DNA of 62,204 nt, the filler included. It is 6 parts of 6 records of this genome, joined end to end, with 100 filler letters (N's around TTAATTAATTAA, not from the genome) between each part and the next. Parts side by side here need not be neighbours in the genome. Positions count along the whole stretch, not along the records: positions 28,848 to 39,554 come from SRR20825010_1953; positions 39,655 to 45,496 come from SRR20825010_1954; 4 more parts are not named here. The stretch is one strand, 5' to 3'. The position numbers and the translations under genes are program-made. Below the pieces are notes generated by a model that ran no database searches, was not told the DNA's origin, and was given only the letters and a program-made list of their open reading frames with translations. Below are positions 31,063 through 39,683 of the stretch, piece after piece; positions within the stretch are counted from its first letter, which is position 1; each line of letters begins with the position of its first letter.

Positions 31063-31156
31063 TGTCTGAGTCTCCTATGCGTTCAATGTAGGGCCTCCGG
31101 CAACCGCGGAAACTGCGTAACACTGCGCACGGTTTTGGGCTGGAGTTGTCGCCACA

Positions 31157-31564
31157 CTAGTTCGACAGGTTTAGCTGCCAAGACACACCATACCTATCAT
31201 TCAACCACCCGAATTTCTGGCTAAAACCATAATTATCCAGCGGCATTAGCTCTGAGCCACCTTCTGCCAGGGCTTTAAATACTTCCTCAATTTCGCTCGC
31301 CGATTCGCACTCAACATACAGCGACATGGAGGGCGTAAACGTAAATTGGTGATCAAGGTGGCTGTCGAGCGCCATAAACTCTCGACCGTTTATCTTAAAC
31401 TTCGCCATCTTCACAGAACCTTCTGGTTCATGCTCGCCGGCCTGGTAACGTTGAATATCGTCGATCTCTGAACCAACGAATAGCGAGGTATAAAACCTGA
31501 TGGCCTCCTCGGCTTTCCCAGCCTGCTCTCCAACAAACATGAGTGACGTTGCGATGGATCTCAT
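31157..31564 (-). CDS. VOC family, PhnB/3-demethylubiquinone-9 methyltransferase-like
   Basis: AEEAIRFY..LF, FTFTPSMS and FGWLNDRYGVSWQL. Confidence 0.9.
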   Translation of the reverse strand: MRSIATSLMFVGEQAGKAEEAIRFYTSLFVGSEIDDIQRYQAGEHEPEGSVKMAKFKINGREFMALDSHLDHQFTFTPSMSLYVECESASEIEEVFKALAEGGSELMPLDNYGFSQKFGWLNDRYGVSWQLNLSN

Positions 31565-31632
31565 CTGTGCCTCCGTTCCAATTGGATAACATTCCGCACC
31601 GGGCTACATTCGCGTGCATGAGCGCCCCTGGT

Positions 31633-31692
31633 GCTTAACGAGGTTGTGGAAAAACCGGTTCCAAGCGTTCCCACCACCAGTCTTGATTATGT
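31633..31692 (-). other. Eroded attC-like site
   Basis: Minus strand ACATAAT overlapping the stop, then GTTAAGC (GTTRRRY); CATAATCAAG shared with the 36615-36685 site. Confidence 0.4.
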
Positions 31693-32262
31693 TTTTTTAC
31701 ACGCCACGAACTCACCTTTGCCTACCGGCACAGTAGTGGTGGTAAACCCGCCAGTGCTGTCGACAAAATCAATGAATTCCCTCAGTTCCTCAGCGTGCGA
31801 AACCGCGTTGTCACACACCAGAATGCCCCCGGGCCGAATGAGGGAAACGATTTGGTCAGCAACTTGAACGTAGCTCGCGCGGTCGGCGTCAAGAAAAACC
31901 AGATCATACAAACGGCTAGCTTGCCCGAGATAATCGACGGCGCCCATTTGTACCACAGTGATCTTATGATCGAGATTGGCACGTTTGAAGTTGCTTTTGG
32001 CCTGACTAATCTTGAACGGAGACACCTCCAGAGTGGTCACATGCCCATCCTCTGGCAGCGCGGACGCTATCCACAAAGTGGAATAACCGTTAGACGTTCC
32101 GATCTCCAGAACCTGTCTCACTGCGCCAGCTTTTATCAGTACCGACAAGAACTCCCCGGTATCCCTGGTGATGTTGAGATACTTGCGATCTTTCTGCTCT
32201 ACCGACGCATCGTTCTCTTTCCCTAGCGTCTCGAGTTCTTCTAAAAGTTCCTTGAGTTTCAC
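31687..32262 (-). CDS. Class I SAM-dependent O-methyltransferase
   Basis: VLEIGTSNGYSTLW, DLVFLDAD and PGGILVCDN. Confidence 0.9.
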   Translation of the reverse strand: MKLKELLEELETLGKENDASVEQKDRKYLNITRDTGEFLSVLIKAGAVRQVLEIGTSNGYSTLWIASALPEDGHVTTLEVSPFKISQAKSNFKRANLDHKITVVQMGAVDYLGQASRLYDLVFLDADRASYVQVADQIVSLIRPGGILVCDNAVSHAEELREFIDFVDSTGGFTTTTVPVGKGEFVACKKT

Positions 32263-32284
32263 GTCGCTACTCCAGAAGCAACAT

Positions 32285-33316
32285 TCAGCTCAGCCAGCCG
32301 AATCTATCTTCAGTTCTACCAGATTGCAGTGCCCGCAGTGCGTCGCTCAGTTTTCGAGTGTTAGGGCCGGTGCTACCATCGCCTACCTTGTATGTAGCGC
32401 CTTTGTGCACAAACGACCCCACACCAGAAAGAACAGCCGCTGTTCCGGATAACGCGGCTTCTCCGGTCTGAATCCAATCCATGACCTCAGCAACGGTAAA
32501 ATCTCGTTCGATGACGTCATAGTTCAAGTCTCGAGCAAGGGTTATTACCGAATCCCGGGTGACGCCATGCAGAAACGACGCATCCAAAGGCTTCGTGAGC
32601 AGCTGAGAATCATTGATCAGGAAGAAGTTCGACGCCCCTGTTTCCTGCACATCGCCGTTCGGGCAGAACAACACCTGATCTGCTCCATGTTCTTTCCTGG
32701 CTTTAACGACATGGCGAAGCGCTGAGGCATAATTACCTCCGGCTTTCGCCTGACCGAAGCCGGGAGTACTCCGCAACTCCTGATCTTCGATCAGGATAGT
32801 CAAACCATGACCACCTCTCGAGAAATAATCTCCGACGGGCGACGCCAACACATAGAGCATGGCCTGTGCAGAGGGCGCACCCGCCGCACCAATGTTCTCC
32901 TCCGTGCCAATCAGTGCCGGCCGTAGGTAGAGCGCACCAGGTGCTTCCGGTATATCGTCAAAACATAAATCAACGAGTTGGCGGATCATTGCTTCGACAA
33001 TGTCGGCGGGCGGCAGAGGCAAGCAAAGCAACTCGGCGCTGCGCTGGAAGCGTTCAACATGGCGGTCGAGGCGAAAAATACGAACGCCGCCATTCTGCAT
33101 CCGAAAAGCTTTCATGCCCTCGAAACACGAACTGCCATAATGCAACACATGAGATGCTGGGTGTAGCGGCAAAGGTCCTACCGGCAGTGTCTCCACCTCA
33201 GACCAACGCCCATCGGCAAAACGGACGAGTGTCATATGATCGCAAAACTGAGTGCCAAATGGCGAGGCGGTATGATTAGCTGACGATACAAGCTTTGCTG
33301 ACGGGGTTTCTTTCAC
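32285..33316 (-). CDS. ilvE: Branched-chain amino acid aminotransferase (class IV PLP)
   Basis: LHYGSSCFEGMKAF, LYLRP, AKAGGNY, ETGASN, L.GVTRDS, SGTAA; start moved to GTG 33316 after GGAGG. Confidence 0.88.
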   Translation of the reverse strand: MKETPSAKLVSSANHTASPFGTQFCDHMTLVRFADGRWSEVETLPVGPLPLHPASHVLHYGSSCFEGMKAFRMQNGGVRIFRLDRHVERFQRSAELLCLPLPPADIVEAMIRQLVDLCFDDIPEAPGALYLRPALIGTEENIGAAGAPSAQAMLYVLASPVGDYFSRGGHGLTILIEDQELRSTPGFGQAKAGGNYASALRHVVKARKEHGADQVLFCPNGDVQETGASNFFLINDSQLLTKPLDASFLHGVTRDSVITLARDLNYDVIERDFTVAEVMDWIQTGEAALSGTAAVLSGVGSFVHKGATYKVGDGSTGPNTRKLSDALRALQSGRTEDRFGWLS

Positions 33317-33505
33317 GATTGAATGCCTCCGCAGAGACAGCGACCCATTTGCTTCATCTGTACACCTCCTTGTCTGCTTGTTTGATCCCGTCAGAACCTG
33401 GACTGAATCGACTGTTCCATACCTAACATTCAGTTTGAATTTTGGCTCCCTTTTGAACCAAACCCATGAACCGGTGCAGGCCACCACTGCTGTGGCCTAT
33501 TCGCT

Positions 33506-33910
33506 TTATATCTCAATGTACCACTTGGGTTTCATGCGCCCGAAATCCCGGCGGACATTTGCTTTCAGTGCCTTCCTGGAATCCAACACCTTTGCATCAC
33601 CACGCTCTCTGACAAAAATTACCCAATGCCAGAACGGCTTATCACGCTCTACGTGCCACTTGATAGCCAAGAGCGCCTTGTCGGGAAGGCAGTCCCAGGA
33701 CTCAAATGGCGTTTCTTTAGGCGACACCGAGAGACCAAACTCCTGTAGAAGCTTCCGGACATGATCTGTCTCTGACCAAAGCGCCGTATCGTCGGCGTAA
33801 ATACCCAGCGCGTTTGCAGTCCGTTTAGCCTCGGCATAACTGATGCCTGCTAAAGCTGCACTTGCGGCTATACCACAACCAGTGGTTTCTTCCTGAACAA
33901 CGGGTTCCAT
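33506..33910 (-). CDS. Stand-alone peptidase C39-like protein
   Basis: QEETTGCG (Q-x5-C), HWVI and VLDS give a Cys-His-Asp layout; start at ATG 33910. Confidence 0.65.
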   Translation of the reverse strand: MEPVVQEETTGCGIAASAALAGISYAEAKRTANALGIYADDTALWSETDHVRKLLQEFGLSVSPKETPFESWDCLPDKALLAIKWHVERDKPFWHWVIFVRERGDAKVLDSRKALKANVRRDFGRMKPKWYIEI

Positions 33911-33958
33911 ATTTTTACCATCTGACACGGAACGAACCGTTAGGGCATTCCCCAACGG

Positions 33959-34309
33959 TTACTCGTGCTGTAATACATTGATGAGCTTTCCGAACGGATC
34001 ACGAACATAGAACCGGCGGACACCCCAGGGCTCACTTACCGGGCCGTACTCAATCTCAATATTTCCATTCTTCACTCTCTCCAAAGCGATCTCCAGGTTA
34101 TCAACCTCGATAGACAGATCAGGAACTGGCGTTCCGGAGCCACCTTCCGATGCCACGCTTACCTGAGTAGTCATTTCCTCGCCCGAGCTATAGGTTCTTA
34201 TCCATCCATGATCCATCACAATCTTAAGCCCAAAAATAGCCGAGTAGAACTTCTCTGCTTCGGAGGGGGTTGCCGCCGCTATGTTGGTAACTATTCGTTT
34301 TACCTTCAT
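33959..34309 (-). CDS. Glyoxalase/bleomycin-resistance (VOC) protein
   Basis: FY..IFGL..VMDHGWI and EPWGVRRFYVRDPFG; start at MKVKRIV 34309. Confidence 0.9.
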   Translation of the reverse strand: MKVKRIVTNIAAATPSEAEKFYSAIFGLKIVMDHGWIRTYSSGEEMTTQVSVASEGGSGTPVPDLSIEVDNLEIALERVKNGNIEIEYGPVSEPWGVRRFYVRDPFGKLINVLQHE

Positions 34310-34444
34310 TTTGTCTCCCACAGATTGAGGTTCATTTAGCTCTAACCAGGCAGTATAGTCGCCACTGGCTCGGCACCCTCTTCTGCCTGACCCCATCAAA
34401 ACCGGGGGATTTCAGATTTTATCTACAGTCTCAAAACATTGTCA

Positions 34445-34951
34445 TCAGGCACTTGTCGCGTGGATGGCCTTGTGAGCATCTGCTATTTCATACTGGCTAA
34501 ACACTTGAATGTTATGACGACGTAGCAACGCAGCCGTAACCCCCATTCCTGAAGTTCGGTTACCTGAAAAGCTACCGTCATAGATGAATGAACTTCCGCA
34601 AGAGGGACTAGACTCGGCCAGTATCGCTATTTCAATGTTGAATTTCTTGCACAGTTCCAAGGCAATCGAGGCACCTGCAATAAAATCGTCGGTAACAATA
34701 TTTCCGTCTTTCTCAACAACATTGGTTTCGCCATCTAATACACTGTTTCCGCTTCCTCCGTAAATCTCCGCAGGCATCCTTGGGATATTCATTCCGGCTT
34801 CAACTTCGGGACACACTGAAACAACCCGACCTTCTGTTATCCAGGTCTCTACAAGCTGATCATTCATCGAAAGGCTCCCACCATCGTATCGAACCCGTTT
34901 CCCTAGAAGGCAGGCGCTCATTAATACTCTTCTCAACTTACTAGACCTCAA
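34445..34951 (-). CDS. DUF523 (2-thiouracil desulfurase-like) protein
   Basis: SACLLG..VRYDG, CPEV..G..IPR, SPSCG and G.GVTAALL. Confidence 0.9.
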   Translation of the reverse strand: MRSSKLRRVLMSACLLGKRVRYDGGSLSMNDQLVETWITEGRVVSVCPEVEAGMNIPRMPAEIYGGSGNSVLDGETNVVEKDGNIVTDDFIAGASIALELCKKFNIEIAILAESSPSCGSSFIYDGSFSGNRTSGMGVTAALLRRHNIQVFSQYEIADAHKAIHATSA

Positions 34952-34975
34952 TATTGCTGTGTTTATGCAGCATTC

Positions 34976-35371
34976 TCAAAATGCCATTGCCGCTGATATC
35001 GACACGATCAGCAGCCCAACCCATCCCGGGTGCATTCCTTTGGTTGCGAAAAGTACCAATGCGCTGGACACGCCCATTGAAATTGCCACCGCTCGGAGAA
35101 ACAAGCCTCGGACATCGGTGACCGGATAAAGAGACATGAAAATGAGTACCCCCGCAATGGCCAGACCAAATACAGAAACGATGTGCCATGTGGCCCACAA
35201 AATTCTAACGTAACGCTCTCTGAGGACCGGCTGCCCCTGCGTTGGGACAATTGTCTCTTTACGCATTCGCTGGAAAATCAGAACTTCGCCAAGCGCTGAA
35301 TGAACAACCGCTACAACGATGGCGACCAGTCCACCAACTAACAACCAGCTTTCACTCGCCATCCGATTCAT
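34976..35371 (-). CDS. Small four-TM membrane protein
   Basis: HS.LGE..IF, WH and HPGW motifs with hydrophobic helices. Confidence 0.7.
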   Translation of the reverse strand: MNRMASESWLLVGGLVAIVVAVVHSALGEVLIFQRMRKETIVPTQGQPVLRERYVRILWATWHIVSVFGLAIAGVLIFMSLYPVTDVRGLFLRAVAISMGVSSALVLFATKGMHPGWVGLLIVSISAAMAF

Positions 35372-35534
35372 TCCTTTGATGCAGGGTCAGGGTGTAGTGG
35401 CTTACTTTAGCGCGTCCACCGACACGTATAGAGAATTACCATCGCAGCTTGCTATTTGCTACTGGCAGCAAGGTGAGATGGCCTTTATTTGAGGCTTGGG
35501 GGTCGAAACCATAGTCTCTGGTGATGTGCTTGAC

Positions 35535-35870
35535 CTATGAGGCACACGGTTGGAGTGAAAAAATGAAAAGCCCAAACCACACATTACCAAGAAGTATCAG
35601 TAACTTGATGCCGCCCCGCGCAAAGGCCGGAATATTTTGATATCGGAATAAATACCCGATCACCACCCATTGCACAACCAGCCATACGACTGAGAAATAC
35701 AGAAAACCTTTGTGGCACTCTACGTCAGTTGCTGTGTAATACGCATACCACCAAGCCGAAACTGCCCCCGTAGCGAGTAGCACAAGAATCACGCAAGATA
35801 GAATATTGCGCCAACGCGGGTAACCCGTGCTTAAAAGCTTTTCTTTCGCTTGGCTAAATTTTGCTGTCAT
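35535..35870 (-). CDS. Hypothetical membrane protein
   Basis: 111 aa, three hydrophobic segments. Confidence 0.6.
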   Translation of the reverse strand: MTAKFSQAKEKLLSTGYPRWRNILSCVILVLLATGAVSAWWYAYYTATDVECHKGFLYFSVVWLVVQWVVIGYLFRYQNIPAFARGGIKLLILLGNVWFGLFIFSLQPCAS

Positions 35871-36077
35871 TCAAGTCTCTTTTCCAATTGCCACAAAACG
35901 AATGCCAACCTCCGACTCGATTTTGCTGAATAACTCCTTAACTAGAACCTTCCGAATCACCGAGGTGCGCCCCTGCATCATATTAATCTTAATAACCGTG
36001 TAAGCGGGTGATCTACCACCTGGATAGTAAAAGTCCTCAGCATCCATTGGAATGAAACGAGGCAACATGTGCGCCAC
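35871..36077 (-). pseudogene. Fragment of a tautomerase-family gene
   Basis: RFIPM..EDFYYP.GRS..YTVI.I.MM.GRT....K.L...LF is the middle of the family; the N-terminus with catalytic Pro1 is missing. Confidence 0.6.
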
Positions 36078-36100
36078 ATCAGTAGCATCTCTTGACCTCG

Positions 36101-36592
36101 TTAAGCATTTGACTCCAGGGCATAACTCTGCAGATCAAGGCCATAGAATTTGGTGCCGGGCGTCGGGTTGAAAAAATAGGGCTCGATTTCCTCAAAGCCC
36201 ATTAACTCGTATAGTTCCTGGGCTTTTTTCGTAGGAGGCACGGCGTCCAAAACGACTCGGGTATAACCCATTCTTTTCAGCTTCAATAGCAGATTGTCCA
36301 TGAGCACACGCCCGAGTCCCTTACCCTGATACTGTCGACGTACGTACAGGCGCTTCACCTCGGCTGTGTACTCGTCAATCCGTCTAAACCCAACACCACC
36401 GGCGATACGAAAACTTTCTATTGCGAATGTATATTGGCCGCTAGGCGGCGAGAACAGTGCTTCGAGCGAGGCCATCTCTCCCTCAAAATCCTGATAGGAA
36501 AGATCGATACCCAGCCAATCTGCATACTCGAGAATAAGCTTTCTTAACTCATCGCTATCTGCGGGGAAGACCACATCCCTGATCATAACCAT
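36101..36592 (-). CDS. GNAT N-acetyltransferase
   Basis: AEVKRLYVR..YQGKGLG and A.ELY..MGF; the stop lies within GCTTAAC (attC R''-like). Confidence 0.9.
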   Translation of the reverse strand: MVMIRDVVFPADSDELRKLILEYADWLGIDLSYQDFEGEMASLEALFSPPSGQYTFAIESFRIAGGVGFRRIDEYTAEVKRLYVRRQYQGKGLGRVLMDNLLLKLKRMGYTRVVLDAVPPTKKAQELYELMGFEEIEPYFFNPTPGTKFYGLDLQSYALESNA

Positions 36593-36614
36593 CTCTTCCG
36601 TGTTTTAGACTATT

Positions 36615-36685
36615 ACTCAACACCTTTGTTTGGCAGCGCCCATGTAGCGCAAAAAAATGGCATTAGCTGTATGGCTTGATTATGC
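36615..36685 (-). other. Eroded attC-like site
   Basis: Minus strand GCATAAT CAAGCCATACAGC ... GTTGAGT, 71 bp, between higA and the GNAT gene. Confidence 0.45.
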
Positions 36686-36691
36686 GCTGCT

Positions 36692-36958
36692 TCAGGCTGC
36701 AACAAGCCTCTTCACGTTGAGCTCTTTGCGATGTTGTTCGGCATGCCAGAGTTCATATTGGGACTGCTGATTCAACCAGCTTTCTGCCGAAGTATCGAAA
36801 GCAATAGAGAGCCGGATCGCCATTTCAGGACTGATACCAGCTTTGCCATTCAACACGGCACTTAGCGTTTTGCGGCTAACACCCAATGCTTTAGCCGCCG
36901 CCGTGACAGAGAGGCCAAGGGGCTCAAGACAAAGCTCTCGCAGTACTTCACCCGGGTG
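36692..36958 (-). pseudogene. higA: HigA-family antitoxin lacking its native start; higB absent
   Basis: [15 protein letters not shown]....[10 protein letters not shown]...NG...ISPEMA.RL...F; sequence upstream of HPGE is unrelated. Confidence 0.7.
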
Positions 36959-36989
36959 CCAGAGAGTTCGTGCAAACGAAGGCCGGGTA

Positions 36990-37160
36990 AGTCCATATCT
37001 TTGGCATTCGCCGCTGCATCGCCTCAACTATTTTCCTACCAACACCTTTACCGTGTTGATCTGGGTGCACGAGTAGCTGATGGTAATACACTACCAAGCT
37101 ACCGTCTGAAATTGGGTTACCGAGGCTAATGAGCTCGCCATTAATCCTCGTGGTTACCAC
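36990..37160 (-). pseudogene. Internal fragment of a GNAT acetyltransferase
   Basis: [42 protein letters not shown] contains motif A (Q..G.G); both ends missing; boundaries approximate. Confidence 0.6.
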
Positions 37161-37560
37161 TCTCTACCACGCTCAGAAGGTGCAAACTAACGATTGCAAG
37201 CGCGGCTACAGCGACATTCGTTGACACAGGGTTGAAGGCTGCCCCAAGCAGCATGGGCTGCATCAGAGCCACAAATGCCAGCAAGCCGATCATTGCAATC
37301 AATGTAACGACTATCGGCCATCGCTGGCGCCAAAATATCAAGACAACAGCCGACATGGTGATCTCTAGTACGCCACCGATAGTTGCCAACTGCAACGCAC
37401 CAGCCGGTGAAAAGCCCGCTGCCATCCCCATAGCCAGTTCATCCTCATGCGGATAGAGCAGTTTCGGAATCAAGCCATGATAGAACCAAATAAAGGCGAT
37501 AGCGCCACGGCAGACTGCATAGCTAAAAAATGGGCTACTCGCCCAGGAACCTCGAATCAT
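37141..37560 (-). CDS. DoxX-like membrane protein
   Basis: W.YHGL.PKL, G..EI and FNPV..N. Confidence 0.8.
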   Translation of the reverse strand: MIRGSWASSPFFSYAVCRGAIAFIWFYHGLIPKLLYPHEDELAMGMAAGFSPAGALQLATIGGVLEITMSAVVLIFWRQRWPIVVTLIAMIGLLAFVALMQPMLLGAAFNPVSTNVAVAALAIVSLHLLSVVESGNHED

Positions 37561-37972
37561 GATCTTTATCCGGAATCATACAAACTTCATAGCGACCGAA
37601 AAGCTTGTAACGATTTAGTGCGATGCGGTCGTAAAGCCAGTCCCGAATGACTGAGGGGACAACCCAGCCAATACAGAAAAGTGGCCACGGCCATGGTAAC
37701 CGAAGCATTACTCTGAAAAACGCTGAGGACTTCGTGTATATGTTGGGCCCTTCAACAAGCAGCATGGTTTCGAATGAATCCGTTGGGAAACCATGCGATT
37801 CCAGAATGGCCTGGCCTTCAGGTGACTGAACAGTCGCCAACTTGAATCGACGTTCTCTATCGAACCTGATGAGGAACCGCGCCCAAGCGGAACACAATCG
37901 GCACACTCCGTCGAACAGGACCACTCGATCCTCGTGAGCAATATCTGCTTCAGATTGCGATTGTTGTTTCAT
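37535..37972 (-). CDS. DCC1-like thiol-disulfide oxidoreductase (DUF393)
   Basis: VLFDGVCRLC, F..VQS..G and RD.LYD.IA.NRY..FG. Confidence 0.92.
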   Translation of the reverse strand: MKQQSQSEADIAHEDRVVLFDGVCRLCSAWARFLIRFDRERRFKLATVQSPEGQAILESHGFPTDSFETMLLVEGPNIYTKSSAFFRVMLRLPWPWPLFCIGWVVPSVIRDWLYDRIALNRYKLFGRYEVCMIPDKDHDSRFLGE

Positions 37973-37977
37973 AACTG

Positions 37978-38049
37978 AGGTAACGTCTACTTTAAAGCGC
38001 CGGTGCCGAACACAGCGAAGTACCGGTTGGTTTGAACGGTTTTTTATAT
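37978..38049 (-). other. attC-like site (best preserved)
   Basis: Minus strand ATATAAA-AAACC-GTTCAAACC-AA-CCGGTAC...GCACCGG-CGCTTTAAA...GTTACCT: R''/L''/hairpin/L'/R' layout with point mutations. Confidence 0.6.
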
Positions 38050-38114
38050 TTCACTCTGCTAAACGCGCCAGAGCATGCTCTTCCGCCAAGAATCTCTGGT
38101 TATGTGATCCTAGC

Positions 38115-38516
38115 TCACTCTGGCAGGACCTCGAACTCTGGCACGTCTCCAATCGCTTCGTCCCAAACCGCTCTGCTCGATGTAAAGATGTGCGCAGTTG
38201 GCAACACAGAGACTTCAGTGTCCAAACACCCTGCGGGAACAACGAGCAAACCTGCGACCTGAGTGTTTGGCAATGCCGAACCACACAACTTACAGAAGCT
38301 TTTGTTATGACGAGTGCCAGGGAGCGTAAAGGAAGTCACAGCATCTACACCCGACTGCCAGACCAATTTAGCTGACTGCGAGAATAAATTTGCCGCATGA
38401 GCGGATCCCGTATCTTTCTGGCAATACTCACAATGACACAGGTAAAAGCTGTCGAAGTCCCCATGGACCTCAAATTTCGCTGTGCCACACAGGCAAGAAC
38501 CGACATGCTTAGTCAT
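38115..38516 (-). CDS. GFA/CENP-V family Zn protein
   Basis: GSCLCG, CHCEYCQK and FCKLCGS; start at MTKH 38516. Confidence 0.92.
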   Translation of the reverse strand: MTKHVGSCLCGTAKFEVHGDFDSFYLCHCEYCQKDTGSAHAANLFSQSAKLVWQSGVDAVTSFTLPGTRHNKSFCKLCGSALPNTQVAGLLVVPAGCLDTEVSVLPTAHIFTSSRAVWDEAIGDVPEFEVLPE

Positions 38517-38577
38517 AGGATTCTCTTCTATGATCTGCAGGTGACGCGGCACATCAATGCCTCACTCAATCGATATA

Positions 38578-39204
38578 TCAGCGTTCATCTGCAAGTGAGT
38601 TATTAGATACCTCGCTGAGATCGATTTTCTTTACATCTCGCAAATTTCTGAAGTCCTTAGACATAAGCCTTGCCAAGAATGAAAAAACCAACATCACTAA
38701 CATTCCTAGGAAGCTGGTTACACTGTTATCTGAAAACAGTAGCTGAGTGGCCATCAGAAGACCAAGAAAGAAAATTATCGAAGCCGAGACTAAAGAGTAT
38801 AAAGAGGCGAACTTCTCGAACCTAGATATCGACAGCTTTAGTCCGCCGTCAGAGGAGGGCTCCAAATACCTCGAGATTCCTTGCAATCTATCAAGAGAAA
38901 CGTTACCCGATAAATAAAGTCGCATTAACGCTTTCGACTTTTTTGGTGATGACTTTATTCCAGAGACCACCCTAAATACCTCATTGTTTTTCAAGTCACT
39001 TAGAAAATCCCTATGAAGCCCAGACTCCTTGACTATCTCGGATAGATCAGCAATTCGCCTATATGATCTACGAATAATGTACTCCTCATAGAAGTCGTAA
39101 ATGCTTTTGGCAACTTTCAGAGCTAGCCCAACAACCGACACCATCACTGCAAAGACTAAGGTGACGGAATGCTCTTTTAGTATGTCAGCGATCTCTATGC
39201 CCAT
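38578..39204 (-). CDS. Hypothetical membrane protein, more AT-rich than its neighbours
   Basis: 208 aa with N- and C-terminal TM segments. Confidence 0.7.
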   Translation of the reverse strand: MGIEIADILKEHSVTLVFAVMVSVVGLALKVAKSIYDFYEEYIIRRSYRRIADLSEIVKESGLHRDFLSDLKNNEVFRVVSGIKSSPKKSKALMRLYLSGNVSLDRLQGISRYLEPSSDGGLKLSISRFEKFASLYSLVSASIIFFLGLLMATQLLFSDNSVTSFLGMLVMLVFSFLARLMSKDFRNLRDVKKIDLSEVSNNSLADER

Positions 39205-39210
39205 AATTAT

Positions 39211-39288
39211 TTACAACTCCCACCATCACCGATGACACAGCCACAGCGAAGCGGGGGTTCTGGCATCCGGTACATAGCTTGATGACAC
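39211..39288 (-). other. Eroded attC-like site
   Basis: Minus strand TGTCATC AAGCTATGTACCGGATGCCAGAACC...GGCTGTGTCATCGGTGATGG...GTTGTAA, an imperfect hairpin ending a few nt before the next ATG. Confidence 0.55.
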
Positions 39289-39298
39289 CTCATCTTGG

Positions 39299-39554
39299 TC
39301 AGTGAAGCTGATTAAAAACTTCCGGGTGTTGTTCAGCAATGCGCAAAAGAGCAACCGCTGGGCCTTGTGGCTCCCTGCGTCCTTGCTCCCAATCCTGAAG
39401 AGTTCGCACGCTCACTCCCATAAGACCTGCAAACGCTGATTGCGACATATTCAACTTCAGCCTAATCACTTTGGGCGGTGAGGGCTCAGAAAGCTCATGT
39501 GTTCGTAGAGCCAATTTGCCCTTCTTGAATTGCTTGATTTCATTGATACCGTCA
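39299..39554 (-). CDS. Xre-HTH antitoxin (HigA2/NadS-like), 5' end cut by contig end
   Basis: Frame open to the contig edge: DGINEIKQFKKGK...IR....SQ..FA..MGVSVRTLQDWEQGRR.P.GPA.ALL. Confidence 0.85.
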
Positions 39555-39654
39555 NNNNNNNNNNNNNNNNNNNNNNNNNNNNNNNNNNNNNNNNNNNNTT
39601 AATTAATTAANNNNNNNNNNNNNNNNNNNNNNNNNNNNNNNNNNNNNNNNNNNN
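39555..39654. other. Artificial contig spacer
   Basis: N-run / TTAATTAATTAA / N-run. Confidence 0.99.
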
Positions 39655-39683
39655 CGAGGGTTCGAATCCCTTCCTCTCCGCCA
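39655..39683 (+). tRNA. 3' end of a tRNA, Ser-like (T-arm, acceptor strand, CCA); truncated gene or att duplicate
   Basis: GAGGG-TTCGAAT-CCCTT T-arm followed by CCTCTCCG-CCA with G discriminator; anticodon not visible. Confidence 0.75.

Larger units (their letters stand above)
29225..39554 (-). mobile_element. Degenerate integron gene-cassette array (CALIN-like; no integrase in contig)
   Basis: About 20 short co-oriented ORFs of typical cassette families, attC-like remnants between many of them, and gene fragments. Confidence 0.65.

Noticed and set aside
32285..33487. 400-aa version of the aminotransferase
   Set aside because: The N-terminal extension runs through spacer and attC-like DNA; an RBS supports GTG 33316
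31632..36107. Identical 13-mer TGCTTAACGAGGT in inverted orientation at 31632-31644 and 36095-36107, suggesting an invertible segment
   Set aside because: About one such match is expected by chance in 10 kb, both copies contain attC core-like heptamers, and gene orientation does not change
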